DNA from: an uncultured Candidatus Saccharibacteria bacterium
Lineage (GTDB): Bacteria; Patescibacteriota; Minisyncoccia; Portnoybacterales; UBA2143
Assembly: GCA_964517275.1 (NCBI GenBank)
Contig: CAZFBL010000001.1
Span: 14,144-78,143 of the forward strand
Direction of reading: 5' to 3'
Length of the DNA: 64,000 bases
Shown here: positions 26,873 through 35,944 of the stretch, one piece after another
Layout: each line of letters begins with the position of its first letter
How positions within the stretch are numbered: position 1 is the stretch's first letter
Notes under the pieces: model-generated
What the model was told of the DNA's origin: nothing
What the model saw: only the letters and a program-made list of their open reading frames with translations
Databases searched by the model: none
Position numbers and translations under genes: made by a program

Positions 26873-26879
26873 CTAGAAA

Positions 26880-27908
26880 CTATCGCCAAGTTACATCTTG
26901 GTAAGGCTCAACCATTTCTATCCAAATTTGGCCGGGAATAAAGGGTATTTCCTGACCCGCTTCATCCAAAAATTTAAGTTTGCTGGCCGGATTCTTCTCG
27001 CTTTTTTGCCAAGTACCATCAATGACTATTCCATTTTGATAAATTTGACAATCGCCTGTTCCCTCTAAATCCAAATCATTATAGTCTGGCCCTTCAATCT
27101 GTTTAGAAACCACCCGCATAACAACCACATTTTTAGCGGCAATCTGCTGGTTATTATCTTTATCTATTTCTTTTAAATTAGTCCGGTAACGCAGATAGGA
27201 ATTGGTCGCTGGTTCATACTGATAGGATACGTTATACGGATAAGAATAGCCAATTCTTAAAACCCGACGATTAGCCTCTTGGCTTTCACCTTGGCCGTGC
27301 GGATAACCCTCAAATTTATTTTCTAAACGATAGCCTAATTTTTGAGCACTGTTTAATAGCCGCTCCATCGAAGTAAAGCCGTTATGCGGCTGAGGAATGC
27401 TTTGTTTCTGATAAAAGGCGTTGTAGGGGTTTTTAAGAGCGTCAATGTTGTCCATCATTCCAGTGTCCAATTTGTCCAAGGCGAAATGAGAACCGCCCCA
27501 ATGGACTAAAATGGCGTCTAAGCCAAGGGCTAAAGGGATAAAATCATGACGGGCGCTGCGCAAAGAACCGATTTCGGTCGGCTCCTGACAAACGTAAAGA
27601 GCAACCATCCGGGTAATGCTGTTGGTAATAACCGGCATTTCCAAAACCAAATCAGCTTGGGAAAGACCGGCCAACGGCCGGGTAACAGGGTCTTCGGCCA
27701 AAACAACGGCTAGCGGCCGCCGTTGATAGTTTTGGCAGACTAAACCTGACAGCGGACTGCTCCCGTTCAGCTCTCCCTGATTTACCGAACTGGCCGGCTG
27801 ACCGCCTATTTCAACGGTCCGGCTGGCTCGCTGCCAAATAAAAATTAGCCCGAAGGCTAAAATAAGAAAAATGAAAAATAACCAACCTCTTTTTCTTAAC
27901 TTAAACAT
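26880..27908 (-). CDS. DUF3048-family membrane-anchored protein
   Basis: N-terminal TM, SPLSG, RPLAV, GLSQADLVLE, ITR, GSLRSAR, PHN, PGQIWIE. Confidence 0.85.
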   Translation of the reverse strand: MFKLRKRGWLFFIFLILAFGLIFIWQRASRTVEIGGQPASSVNQGELNGSSPLSGLVCQNYQRRPLAVVLAEDPVTRPLAGLSQADLVLEMPVITNSITRMVALYVCQEPTEIGSLRSARHDFIPLALGLDAILVHWGGSHFALDKLDTGMMDNIDALKNPYNAFYQKQSIPQPHNGFTSMERLLNSAQKLGYRLENKFEGYPHGQGESQEANRRVLRIGYSYPYNVSYQYEPATNSYLRYRTNLKEIDKDNNQQIAAKNVVVMRVVSKQIEGPDYNDLDLEGTGDCQIYQNGIVIDGTWQKSEKNPASKLKFLDEAGQEIPFIPGQIWIEMVEPYQDVTWR

Positions 27909-27916
27909 ATTAATTA

Positions 27917-28303
27917 CTAGCCGCTTCCTAAAATTTTCTTGATTTTGCTTATAATCTCATCGGGGGTGAAATGAGCCTTGATTAAATAATCAACCGCTCC
28001 TAACTTTAATCCTTTTTCCACTTCTTCCTGTTGACCCAGATTACTCAAAATAATCACTGGGATTTTGCTAATCTGATTGTCGTTCTTGATCTGCTTGAGT
28101 ATCTCAAAACCATCAATGCCAGGCAGGATTAAATCTAAGAGAATCAGTTGCGGCTGTTCTTTTTTAATCATCGCCAAGGCCTTCCCTCCGTCCGGAGCAA
28201 TTGAGATAATAAAGCCTTCGCCCTTCAATTTACGAATAAGCAACTCTCGAAGGAATTTATCATCCTCAACAATGAGGATTTTGATTTCCTTTGGGTCAGT
28301 CAT
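27917..28303 (-). CDS. Stand-alone response regulator receiver
   Basis: ILIVEDD, LLDLILPGIDG, ILSN, DYLIK; no output domain. Confidence 0.93.
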   Translation of the reverse strand: MTDPKEIKILIVEDDKFLRELLIRKLKGEGFIISIAPDGGKALAMIKKEQPQLILLDLILPGIDGFEILKQIKNDNQISKIPVIILSNLGQQEEVEKGLKLGAVDYLIKAHFTPDEIISKIKKILGSG

Positions 28304-28404
28304 AATAAACTAATATCAGCTTATGTTTCAATTTACCGGTTTAAACTAACGAAGCGCCCAAAAAATAATTTTATCAAATCTTCCCTCTTTTTTCAAGAAT
28401 AGCC

Positions 28405-28779
28405 TTATTTGGACTGTCCCAGTTGCTTCTTAACTTTAACAACTACTTCTTCCGGATCGAAGTCAGTCTTGACCAAACAGTCTTTAACACCTAATTCTTT
28501 GGCTCGGTCCAGTTCAACCGGTTGGCCTGAGTTAGAAATGATAATAATCGGAATTTTTTTCAGTTCCTCATCCTGGTTAATTTTTTCTATCACCTCGAAG
28601 CCGCCCATCTTAGGCATAACAATATCCAGTAAAATCAAATCTGGTTTGTTGTCTTTTATCTTTTCTAATCCCTCCTGACCGTTTTCGGCTGTCTCCACTT
28701 GATAGCCTTCTCTGGTTAATTTTTTTTGAAGAAGCCCGAGCAGAATTTCTTCATCTTCGACGATAATAATTTTTTTCAT
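28405..28779 (-). CDS. Stand-alone response regulator receiver
   Basis: IIIVEDE, LLDIVMPKMGG, IISN, LVK; no output domain. Confidence 0.93.
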   Translation of the reverse strand: MKKIIIVEDEEILLGLLQKKLTREGYQVETAENGQEGLEKIKDNKPDLILLDIVMPKMGGFEVIEKINQDEELKKIPIIIISNSGQPVELDRAKELGVKDCLVKTDFDPEEVVVKVKKQLGQSK

Positions 28780-28794
28780 ATTTTTAAAATTATT

Positions 28795-30294
28795 TCAATC
28801 TATCGGCAAGCTGAACCAAAAGGTAGTCCCTTGTCCTTCTTTACTCTCAAACCAAATTTCTCCGCCGTGCGCTTCGACAATATTTTTACAAATAAACAGA
28901 CCTAAACCGGTCCCTTCTGTCTCCAGCTTTATTGCGTTATCAGCTCTGAAAAATTTAGCAAAAATCCTTTTCTGTTGAGAATTAGGAATGCCAATTCCAC
29001 TATCCTTAACCATCACCTTTAAATTAATTTTATCACATTCAACAGAAATTGTCACCTGTCCGCCGGATTCACTGAAACTAATCGCGTTATCCAACAGGTT
29101 CTGAACGACCAAACTTATTTTTTCCTTATCAATTTTAACCTTGGGCAAAAATTTCTTCGGTTTTTTAAAAACGAGCTTAAGATTCTTTTTTTTAACTGCT
29201 TCGCTTACTCCTTCAATAATATTTTCAATAATTTTCTCTATCGATTGAGGAACCGGATTATAGACAAAACGACCTTCTTCAATACGAGCCACGTTTAGAA
29301 GGTCATTAATTAGATTAATCATCCTTTCATTGCTCTGATAGCCTTTTCCCAAAAAAGCAAGCTGTTCCTGATTAAGTTTCCCGACATCGCCGTCTAAAAG
29401 CATCCGCAGAGTCCATTTAATAGCCGATAAAGGAGTTCTTAACTGATGAGCGGCAATAGAAACGAATTCCGTCTTCATTCTATCAATTTCCCTTTGTCTG
29501 GTTATATCATGCAGGATAATCATTGAACCGAAAGTCTCTTTGCCAACCACAACCGGAGCGACGGAAAACTGAAAAAATCTTTTAAGCGGTTTCTCAAGAA
29601 CTAGTTCATGCTTTCGGCCGGTCCATTTTATTTCTCCTCCCAAAACTTGATAGAGCTTTTTAAGATTAGAAAGGCCGGCTAGTTGGCTAATCTTTTTGTT
29701 AATAACCTGTTCCTCTTTCAACCTCAAAACCTTTTCCGCTTCCGGATTGACCAAAGTAATTCTTTCGGCCTGGTCAAAAACAATCAAACCATCGGTCAGA
29801 CTGGTCAACATTGCCCTGGTTTTATTCTTTTCTGCCTCAACCTCTTTAGTCCTTTCTATTACTTTTTCCTCCAAATTTTCCTGGAACTTCTTAATCTCGG
29901 TAATATTAGAGATAGCCCAGAAACAACCGATTAAGGTTCCTTGATAGTCTCTTCTAACCGAGACCGAAACACTGACCGGAATCTTTTTCTTGGCCCGAGT
30001 CGATAAAACCATTTCCTGATTTTCGGCCGTCTTGCTTTTAAAAACCTTTTTAAGGAGTTTTTTCGCTGATTCTTTGTCTTCGAAGACGAATTCGATTCCC
30101 TGGCCGATTACCTCTGTTTCATTATAGCCAGTCAGCTTTTTAGCCGCTTGATTAAGGTCAACAATAACCCCGGTCGGATTGACAGTGCAAACGGCCAAGG
30201 GCAAAAAAAAGGAAAATTCTTCAATATATCTCTCCAAATTTTCCAAATCTTCTTTAAGTTGTTGACACAGAAAATGTTCTTCCTTTTTTTTCAT
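28795..30294 (-). CDS. Cytoplasmic PAS-PAS sensor histidine kinase
   Basis: Two PAS domains, H-box AAHQLRTPL, NLLDNA, DSGIGI, GTGLGL; no TM helix visible. Confidence 0.93.
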   Translation of the reverse strand: MKKKEEHFLCQQLKEDLENLERYIEEFSFFLPLAVCTVNPTGVIVDLNQAAKKLTGYNETEVIGQGIEFVFEDKESAKKLLKKVFKSKTAENQEMVLSTRAKKKIPVSVSVSVRRDYQGTLIGCFWAISNITEIKKFQENLEEKVIERTKEVEAEKNKTRAMLTSLTDGLIVFDQAERITLVNPEAEKVLRLKEEQVINKKISQLAGLSNLKKLYQVLGGEIKWTGRKHELVLEKPLKRFFQFSVAPVVVGKETFGSMIILHDITRQREIDRMKTEFVSIAAHQLRTPLSAIKWTLRMLLDGDVGKLNQEQLAFLGKGYQSNERMINLINDLLNVARIEEGRFVYNPVPQSIEKIIENIIEGVSEAVKKKNLKLVFKKPKKFLPKVKIDKEKISLVVQNLLDNAISFSESGGQVTISVECDKINLKVMVKDSGIGIPNSQQKRIFAKFFRADNAIKLETEGTGLGLFICKNIVEAHGGEIWFESKEGQGTTFWFSLPID

Positions 30295-30298
30295 TTAG

Positions 30299-30898
30299 CT
30301 ATTCCCATTCAATAACGAATTCGTGGTAGGGGTCGCCCCGGAAAACGCATTTAGTCTCTTTAATAGTCATTTTATCGGTTTTGACCGCCAGCAAGGCAAC
30401 TGATTTAAAGTATCCTCTGAAATACTGGCAGAGAATCGGATGAACCTTAAAATCTTTGAGTCGGAGGACTAATCGTTTCGTATCAACATTAACTTCCGGC
30501 GCCTCCAGTTGGCCAATCGAATAATGCTCCCTCCAATATTTGGCACTCTCATTGAAGGTCTTATCCAAGGAGACAAAGTATCTTAAAAGAGCCCTGACAA
30601 TAAAAGAATGCTTGGGAGCGGCGTAGCCCATTTCCAATATTTCCTTCTCGCCCCAGCCAAAAGTCTCTTTGATGATTAATAATGAAATGGCTCGCCAGCT
30701 CAAAGGATACCAACCAGTTGCTCTGATTTCCTTACCATAACTGATCGGCTGGCCGGTTTTTTTAATAGCCGCTTCAACTTTTTTAAGCCCGGCTTGCCCC
30801 TTTTTTTCCAAAATATACTGGGCGTCAGTCTGAAAAACGACTCCTCTGGCTTGTCCTTTTACTTTTAGTATTTTGTCAATTTCATTCTTGGTTAGCAT
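30299..30898 (-). CDS. V4R/H-NOX-like small-ligand-binding protein
   Basis: RG..F....Y.....G..G...V, WYP.SW, HPILC.YF.G, ETKCVFRGDPYHEF. Confidence 0.7.
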   Translation of the reverse strand: MLTKNEIDKILKVKGQARGVVFQTDAQYILEKKGQAGLKKVEAAIKKTGQPISYGKEIRATGWYPLSWRAISLLIIKETFGWGEKEILEMGYAAPKHSFIVRALLRYFVSLDKTFNESAKYWREHYSIGQLEAPEVNVDTKRLVLRLKDFKVHPILCQYFRGYFKSVALLAVKTDKMTIKETKCVFRGDPYHEFVIEWE

Positions 30899-30928
30899 AT
30901 TTCTCGATTTGCTATTTATAACTTCAAC

Positions 30929-31555
30929 TTATTGATACCTATAGACATAGACGAATTCGTGGTAGGGGTCGCCCCGGAAAACGCATTTAGTTTCCTCGGC
31001 TCTAACTACTTTCGCCCCAACAATCATCTCAATAAGTTTGGAAAAGACTCCGAGAAGATAAGGACAGACAACCGGATGTTTTTTAAAATCTTCCAGTCTG
31101 ACGACAATCAGTTTTTTCTTCTCGTCATATTTATTAATCTTAACCCGACCAAAGGTATAGAATTTTCTCCAACTATCTGCTCCCATCTTAAGGGTCGTCT
31201 CGACTGACATAAAATATCTCAAGAATCTTTTTATTCCCAAATGGGAATAGACTACCGACTGACCCATTTTCATAATCTCTTCTTCCCGCCAGTTAAAACA
31301 TTTAGCGCTGGCCAGCATAAAGATGGTTGGCCAACTGCTCGGAATCCAATCCATATCCTTTATCTTAGACAGGTCCGGCAATTCGTAGCCACATCTTTTC
31401 AGTTCGGCTTTTACTTTCTTAAATCCATCCTCCCCTTTTTCTCGTCTTACATAGCTGACTAGAAACTTTATGTCATTCCCTCTTTCTTTGCCCGTATCAT
31501 CCTTTTGTATCTCTTTGATCGCTTTTTTCAAATCTATTTTATCTAAATCCAACAT
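30929..31555 (-). CDS. V4R/H-NOX-like small-ligand-binding protein (paralogue)
   Basis: ERG, WIPSSW, HPVVC.YL.G, ETKCVFRGDPYHEF. Confidence 0.7.
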   Translation of the reverse strand: MLDLDKIDLKKAIKEIQKDDTGKERGNDIKFLVSYVRREKGEDGFKKVKAELKRCGYELPDLSKIKDMDWIPSSWPTIFMLASAKCFNWREEEIMKMGQSVVYSHLGIKRFLRYFMSVETTLKMGADSWRKFYTFGRVKINKYDEKKKLIVVRLEDFKKHPVVCPYLLGVFSKLIEMIVGAKVVRAEETKCVFRGDPYHEFVYVYRYQ

Positions 31556-31564
31556 ATATTTAGG

Positions 31565-32449
31565 CTATAACTCAAATAGTCTCTTGGCTAAACTATCAAA
31601 CTCTAATTTTCTTAAGAGTCTAGCCGCTTTCTCTTTATTATACCCTCCCCAGCCGGATTGGTCTAATTTAAAATCAAGAGGAACATCTTTTTTAACAGTC
31701 ACTAAATACTGACTGAAAAAAGCGTCTTTTTTGTATTCCAGCAATTTAGCTTTCAATTTGGGATTTAAATTGCTTTGAGGAAGATTTTTATAGAGTTCTT
31801 TTAAGCTGCCGAAGCGCTTAATTAAACCAGCCGCCGTCTTCTGGCCGATACCGACCACTCCCGGGACATTGTCCGAAGGATCTCCTTTCAACCCTTTAAA
31901 GTCGTTAATTTGTTTCACTTCCAGACCATAACGTTTTTTGACAGCCGCCTGGTCATAGACAGTCATCTCTTTAATGCCGGCTTGAGGAGTATAAACAAAA
32001 GTCAATCGGTCAACCAGCTGAAGAGCGTCTAAATCGCCGGTGATAATAATTTTCTTTATTTTCTTATGCTTGGTTTTTTGAACAATCGTCCCAATAATGT
32101 CATCGGCTTCAAAACCTTGTTTTTCATAAATGGGAATGCCCAAGGCTTTAATAATTTCCTTGATTAAGGGAATTTGGTCATATAATTCCTGAGACGGCTT
32201 AACCCGTTTGGCCTTATACTCCTTGTACTCAAGGTCGCGAAAAGTCGGCCCGGCCAGATCAAAAGCGGCGACCAGGTAATCCGGCTTCAAATCTTTAATA
32301 ACCTTGAAAAGAATGCTGACAAATCCGTAAACAGCGTTAACCAACCGACCTTTCTTGGTTTTTAGAGGCGGCAAGGCATGATAAGCCCGATGGATTAAAG
32401 CGTTACTGTCAATAAGAATTAGGGTTTTTATAGATAATCTTGCGCTCAT
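31565..32449 (-). CDS. Stand-alone 5'-3' exonuclease (PolI N-terminal/flap endonuclease domain)
   Basis: LIDSNALIHRAYHA, YKAKR, EADDIIG, TGDLD, GDPSDNVPGV; no polymerase domain. Confidence 0.92.
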   Translation of the reverse strand: MSARLSIKTLILIDSNALIHRAYHALPPLKTKKGRLVNAVYGFVSILFKVIKDLKPDYLVAAFDLAGPTFRDLEYKEYKAKRVKPSQELYDQIPLIKEIIKALGIPIYEKQGFEADDIIGTIVQKTKHKKIKKIIITGDLDALQLVDRLTFVYTPQAGIKEMTVYDQAAVKKRYGLEVKQINDFKGLKGDPSDNVPGVVGIGQKTAAGLIKRFGSLKELYKNLPQSNLNPKLKAKLLEYKKDAFFSQYLVTVKKDVPLDFKLDQSGWGGYNKEKAARLLRKLEFDSLAKRLFEL

Positions 32450-32900
32450 CTTTAGTTAAGTATTCAAATTTAAACCAGCTAACCTTAGCTGGCAAAATCT
32501 TTTTTATCTTTTCAGCCCATTCAATAACTACCAAATTATTCGGTTGACCGATTATCTCCTTAAAACCCAAGTCGGCTAAATCATCAGCTGAACTAAGTCG
32601 GTAGCAATCAACGTGATAAAGATATTCGAAAAGGCCGGTCCGCTTTAACTCAAATTTTTTGAAAATAACGAAAGTCGGACTGGTTATTTTCTCCTTGATT
32701 CCTAACCCCCGGGCCAAGCCCCGGATAAAAGTGGTTTTACCGCCGCCTAACTCTCCCTCTAAAGCGATAACTAGAGCCTGTCTCTCTTTTGGTCGGCTTT
32801 TAATTATCTCTTCAGCTAAAATTCGGCCGGCTTGCTCTGTTTCTCGAGTATTTTTAGTAATGATTTCCGTCTTGTCTGTAATTTCCGAAGTTCCATTCAT
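32409..32900 (-). CDS. tsaE: tRNA threonylcarbamoyladenosine biosynthesis ATPase
   Basis: GELGGGKTTF, SPTF, HVDCYRL, IEWAE. Confidence 0.94.
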   Translation of the reverse strand: MNGTSEITDKTEIITKNTRETEQAGRILAEEIIKSRPKERQALVIALEGELGGGKTTFIRGLARGLGIKEKITSPTFVIFKKFELKRTGLFEYLYHVDCYRLSSADDLADLGFKEIIGQPNNLVVIEWAEKIKKILPAKVSWFKFEYLTKDERKIIYKNPNSY

Positions 32901-32971
32901 TAATTCTATTATACTACATTTGACCAGAAGACCGAAATGAGCTAGACTCGAGATAGGGTTAAAGCAATCAA

Positions 32972-34645
32972 ATGACTTCCCTTAATTCAAAAACAAAAAA
33001 GCAGGCTCTCCAAGAGAAATTAACCGAATTAAGAAAAGAAGCTGAAGAAAGAAAGGCCAAACAATTAGCCGTTAAGCTTAATTTACCCTATCTTGATTTA
33101 AAGATAACACCGATTGAATCAGAAGCTCTTAAGCTGCTCTCTGAAGAAAGAGCAAAAAAGGCGAAACTGGCGGCCATCAAAAAGCAAGACAAAAAAATCT
33201 GGCTGGCCAGCCAAGAACCCGATAACCAGTCAGCTAAAAAAATTATTGAAGAACTCAAGAAAGAAGGCTACCAGATCAATCTGATTCTCGTTTCAATGGC
33301 TAGTCTGATTAAAGCTTGGGCTGGCTACCAACGAATAGCTGAGCCAGCTAAAGAAATTACCGGCAAAGTGGAAATAGCCAGTCAGGTCCTGGAAAGATTG
33401 CAAGAAGAAATTAAAAACTTAGCTGATATTAAAAAAAGAGTTGAAGAGAAATCAGTCAGCCAAGCCTCAACTATTATCGAGCTCCTTTTAGCTGGCGGCC
33501 TACAAACTAATTCTTCCGACATCCATTTGGAAAGCGAAGCCGATAAGATTAATTTACGTTACCGTATCGACGGTCTTCTCCAGGATGTCGCTTTTTTATC
33601 TCCAAAAATCTATCACTTTGTTTTGAACAGGCTAAAACTGTTAGCCGGTCTCAAATTAAACGTCCATGATATCGCCCAAGACGGCCGTTTCACCATTTCG
33701 TTGGGCAAAATTGATATCGAAATCAGGGTTTCCTGTCTGCCAAGCGCTTACGGAGAAAATATTGTCATGAGAATTCTCAATCCGAAGTCAATTGATTTGG
33801 ACCTGGAAAAATTGGGTTTGCGTCCGGATTTATTAGAGGTCATTCAAAAAGAAATTAAAAAGCCCGATGGGATGATCATTACCACTGGGCCGACTGGCTC
33901 GGGAAAAACAACTCTCCTTTATTCTTTTATTAAGAAAGTTAACAAACCAGAGGTTAAAATAATTACTCTGGAAGACCCGATTGAATATCATCTGGAAGGA
34001 ATTAGTCAAACCCAAACTGAAAAAGAAAAAGGTTATACCTTTGCCAAGGGCCTACGGGCCATTTTAAGACAAGACCCCGATGTTATCCTAATCGGCGAAA
34101 TTAGAGATAAAGAAACAGCTCAAATTGCCGTTCAGGCCGCTTTGACTGGTCATCTAGTATTTTCCACTCTTCATACTAATGACGCGGCCGGAGCGATTCC
34201 CCGTTTCCTCGATTTAGGACTACAGGCTTCTAATTTAGCTGCCTCGCTCAATCTAATTATTGCTCAACGCCTAGTCAGAAGACTTTGCTCCCATTGCCGT
34301 CAAGCCGTCTCTCCCTCGACCGAACAACTGAATAAAATAAAAAAAGCCCTAAGCGGGCTACCAAAACAAATCAAGCATAAACCGATAAATAAAAAACTGG
34401 AAATCTATCAGGCTAAAGGCTGTAACCAATGCAATCAAACCGGCTATCGGGGCCGAATTGGTATTTTTGAAATAATCCCGATTAACCAAACAATGGAGAA
34501 AATAATCAAGCCGGGCGTCAGCCACGCCGAAATTTTGGAAAAATCTTTTCAGCAAAGTCTAGTCAGCTTCCGACAAGACGCCTTGCTTAAAGTTTTAGAA
34601 GGAGTAACCAGCCTGGAAGAAGCAGAAAGAGTACTCGGCGAATAA
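32972..34645 (+). CDS. Type IV pilus assembly ATPase (PilB/GspE family)
   Basis: SDIHLE, QDGRF, GPTGSGKTT, LEDPIEY, LRQDPD, TGHLVFSTLHTN, paired CxxC motifs. Confidence 0.94.
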   Translation: MTSLNSKTKKQALQEKLTELRKEAEERKAKQLAVKLNLPYLDLKITPIESEALKLLSEERAKKAKLAAIKKQDKKIWLASQEPDNQSAKKIIEELKKEGYQINLILVSMASLIKAWAGYQRIAEPAKEITGKVEIASQVLERLQEEIKNLADIKKRVEEKSVSQASTIIELLLAGGLQTNSSDIHLESEADKINLRYRIDGLLQDVAFLSPKIYHFVLNRLKLLAGLKLNVHDIAQDGRFTISLGKIDIEIRVSCLPSAYGENIVMRILNPKSIDLDLEKLGLRPDLLEVIQKEIKKPDGMIITTGPTGSGKTTLLYSFIKKVNKPEVKIITLEDPIEYHLEGISQTQTEKEKGYTFAKGLRAILRQDPDVILIGEIRDKETAQIAVQAALTGHLVFSTLHTNDAAGAIPRFLDLGLQASNLAASLNLIIAQRLVRRLCSHCRQAVSPSTEQLNKIKKALSGLPKQIKHKPINKKLEIYQAKGCNQCNQTGYRGRIGIFEIIPINQTMEKIIKPGVSHAEILEKSFQQSLVSFRQDALLKVLEGVTSLEEAERVLGE

Positions 34646-34689
34646 GACTTTTCGGCTGACGGTTTTTTAAGCAAACATTATCTGGATAA

Positions 34690-34896
34690 ACCTTTAATAT
34701 CAACTAACCTGTAGGCAATGACTCTCAGCCTGAGAACAGAGAGAAAAGGCTTTTCCGAGGAATATCCCAGTCGGAACCAAGATATCCTAAAGACTAAGAT
34801 AAAACCCCTATCGGACCCTATTTAAAAAATTGAGCCCTTATTGCCTACAGATTAGTTAATATTAAAAAGGGACGACTTAATTGTCCTTCCTAACTA
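34690..34896 (-). ncRNA. Candidate 6S-like structured ncRNA
   Basis: 26-bp closing stem, central bubble and apical stems. The stem mismatches become G-U pairs only on the minus strand. It has a dedicated consensus promoter and no minus-strand CDS follows. Ends are approximate. Confidence 0.6.
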
Positions 34897-34902
34897 TTAA
34901 GT

Positions 34903-34931
34903 ATAATAGCAAACTATCGTCAAAATGTCAA
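34903..34931 (-). promoter_or_regulatory. Near-consensus sigma70 promoter pointing away from ruvB
   Basis: TTGACA-17 nt-TATTAT with an extended -10 TG; the -35 box overlaps the ruvB start codon. Confidence 0.75.
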
Positions 34932-35944
34932 GACCGACAACCACTGCTAACCAATTAAAAGAAGATCGTTATCTGGATTTAACCCTCCGACCGGGTTCTT
35001 TTGAAGAATATATGGGCCAGCAAAAAATTAAGGATAATCTTAAAATTTTAATGGAGGCGGCCCAAAAGAGAAAAGAGCCGATTGAACATGTTCTCCTCTA
35101 CGGCGGCTCCGGCTTAGGTAAAACCACTTTAGCACATATTATCGCCAGAGAAATGAATTGCCAAATTAAGGTAACCTCCGGACCAGCCATCGAAAAAGTA
35201 GGTGACTTAGCTTCTATTTTGACCAATTTAGCTGATGGCGATGTTCTTTTCGTTGACGAATGCCACCGTTTGAACAAATCTATCGAGGAAGTTCTTTACC
35301 CAGCCATGGAAGATTTCCTTCTGGATATTATTATTGGCAAAGGACCGTCGGCCCGAACCCTCCGCTTGGAACTGCCACGTTTTACCTTAATTGCCGCGAC
35401 CACCCGGATTGGTCTCCTTTCTTCGCCTCTGCGGAGCCGCTTTGGGATAAATTTTCGCTTGGACTTCTACGACCCAAAAGACATTGAAAAAATTATCGCC
35501 CGGTCGGCTAAAATTCTAAAGACGTCCATTGAGCCGGCCGCTCTCCAAATGATTGCTCAATCGGCCCGCTATACGCCCCGGATAGCCAACCGCTTGCTTA
35601 AAAGAATTCGCGATTACGCCCAAGTCCGAGCGGACGGACTAATTAACCAAAAAACAGCCCGAGAAGGACTGAAAATGTTGGAAGTTGACGAAATCGGCTT
35701 AGAACCGGCTGACCGCCACATTTTAGAAACAATGATTAAAAAATTTAACGGCGGTCCGGTCGGACTGCAGGCTTTAGCGGCGGCCACTAACGAAGAGCAG
35801 GATACAATTGAAGAAATTTACGAACCCTACCTGCTTCGTTTAGGTTTTTTAGCACGTACCCCGAAAGGCCGTCAAGCAACCGAATTAGCTTATGAGCACC
35901 TAGGTATAAAATATGAAGGAGGGGATCAAGATAAATTGTTTTAG
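34925..35944 (+). CDS. ruvB: Holliday junction branch migration helicase RuvB
   Basis: LRP..F.EY.GQ, GLGKTTLA, FVDECHRL, LYPAMED, TPRIANRLL, RTPKGR. Confidence 0.97.
   Translation: MSRPTTTANQLKEDRYLDLTLRPGSFEEYMGQQKIKDNLKILMEAAQKRKEPIEHVLLYGGSGLGKTTLAHIIAREMNCQIKVTSGPAIEKVGDLASILTNLADGDVLFVDECHRLNKSIEEVLYPAMEDFLLDIIIGKGPSARTLRLELPRFTLIAATTRIGLLSSPLRSRFGINFRLDFYDPKDIEKIIARSAKILKTSIEPAALQMIAQSARYTPRIANRLLKRIRDYAQVRADGLINQKTAREGLKMLEVDEIGLEPADRHILETMIKKFNGGPVGLQALAAATNEEQDTIEEIYEPYLLRLGFLARTPKGRQATELAYEHLGIKYEGGDQDKLF

Noticed and set aside
26692-26889. 66-aa N-terminal extension of HolA
   Set aside because: TTG start and translation of the hairpin element; HolA homology begins at MLILLYGED.
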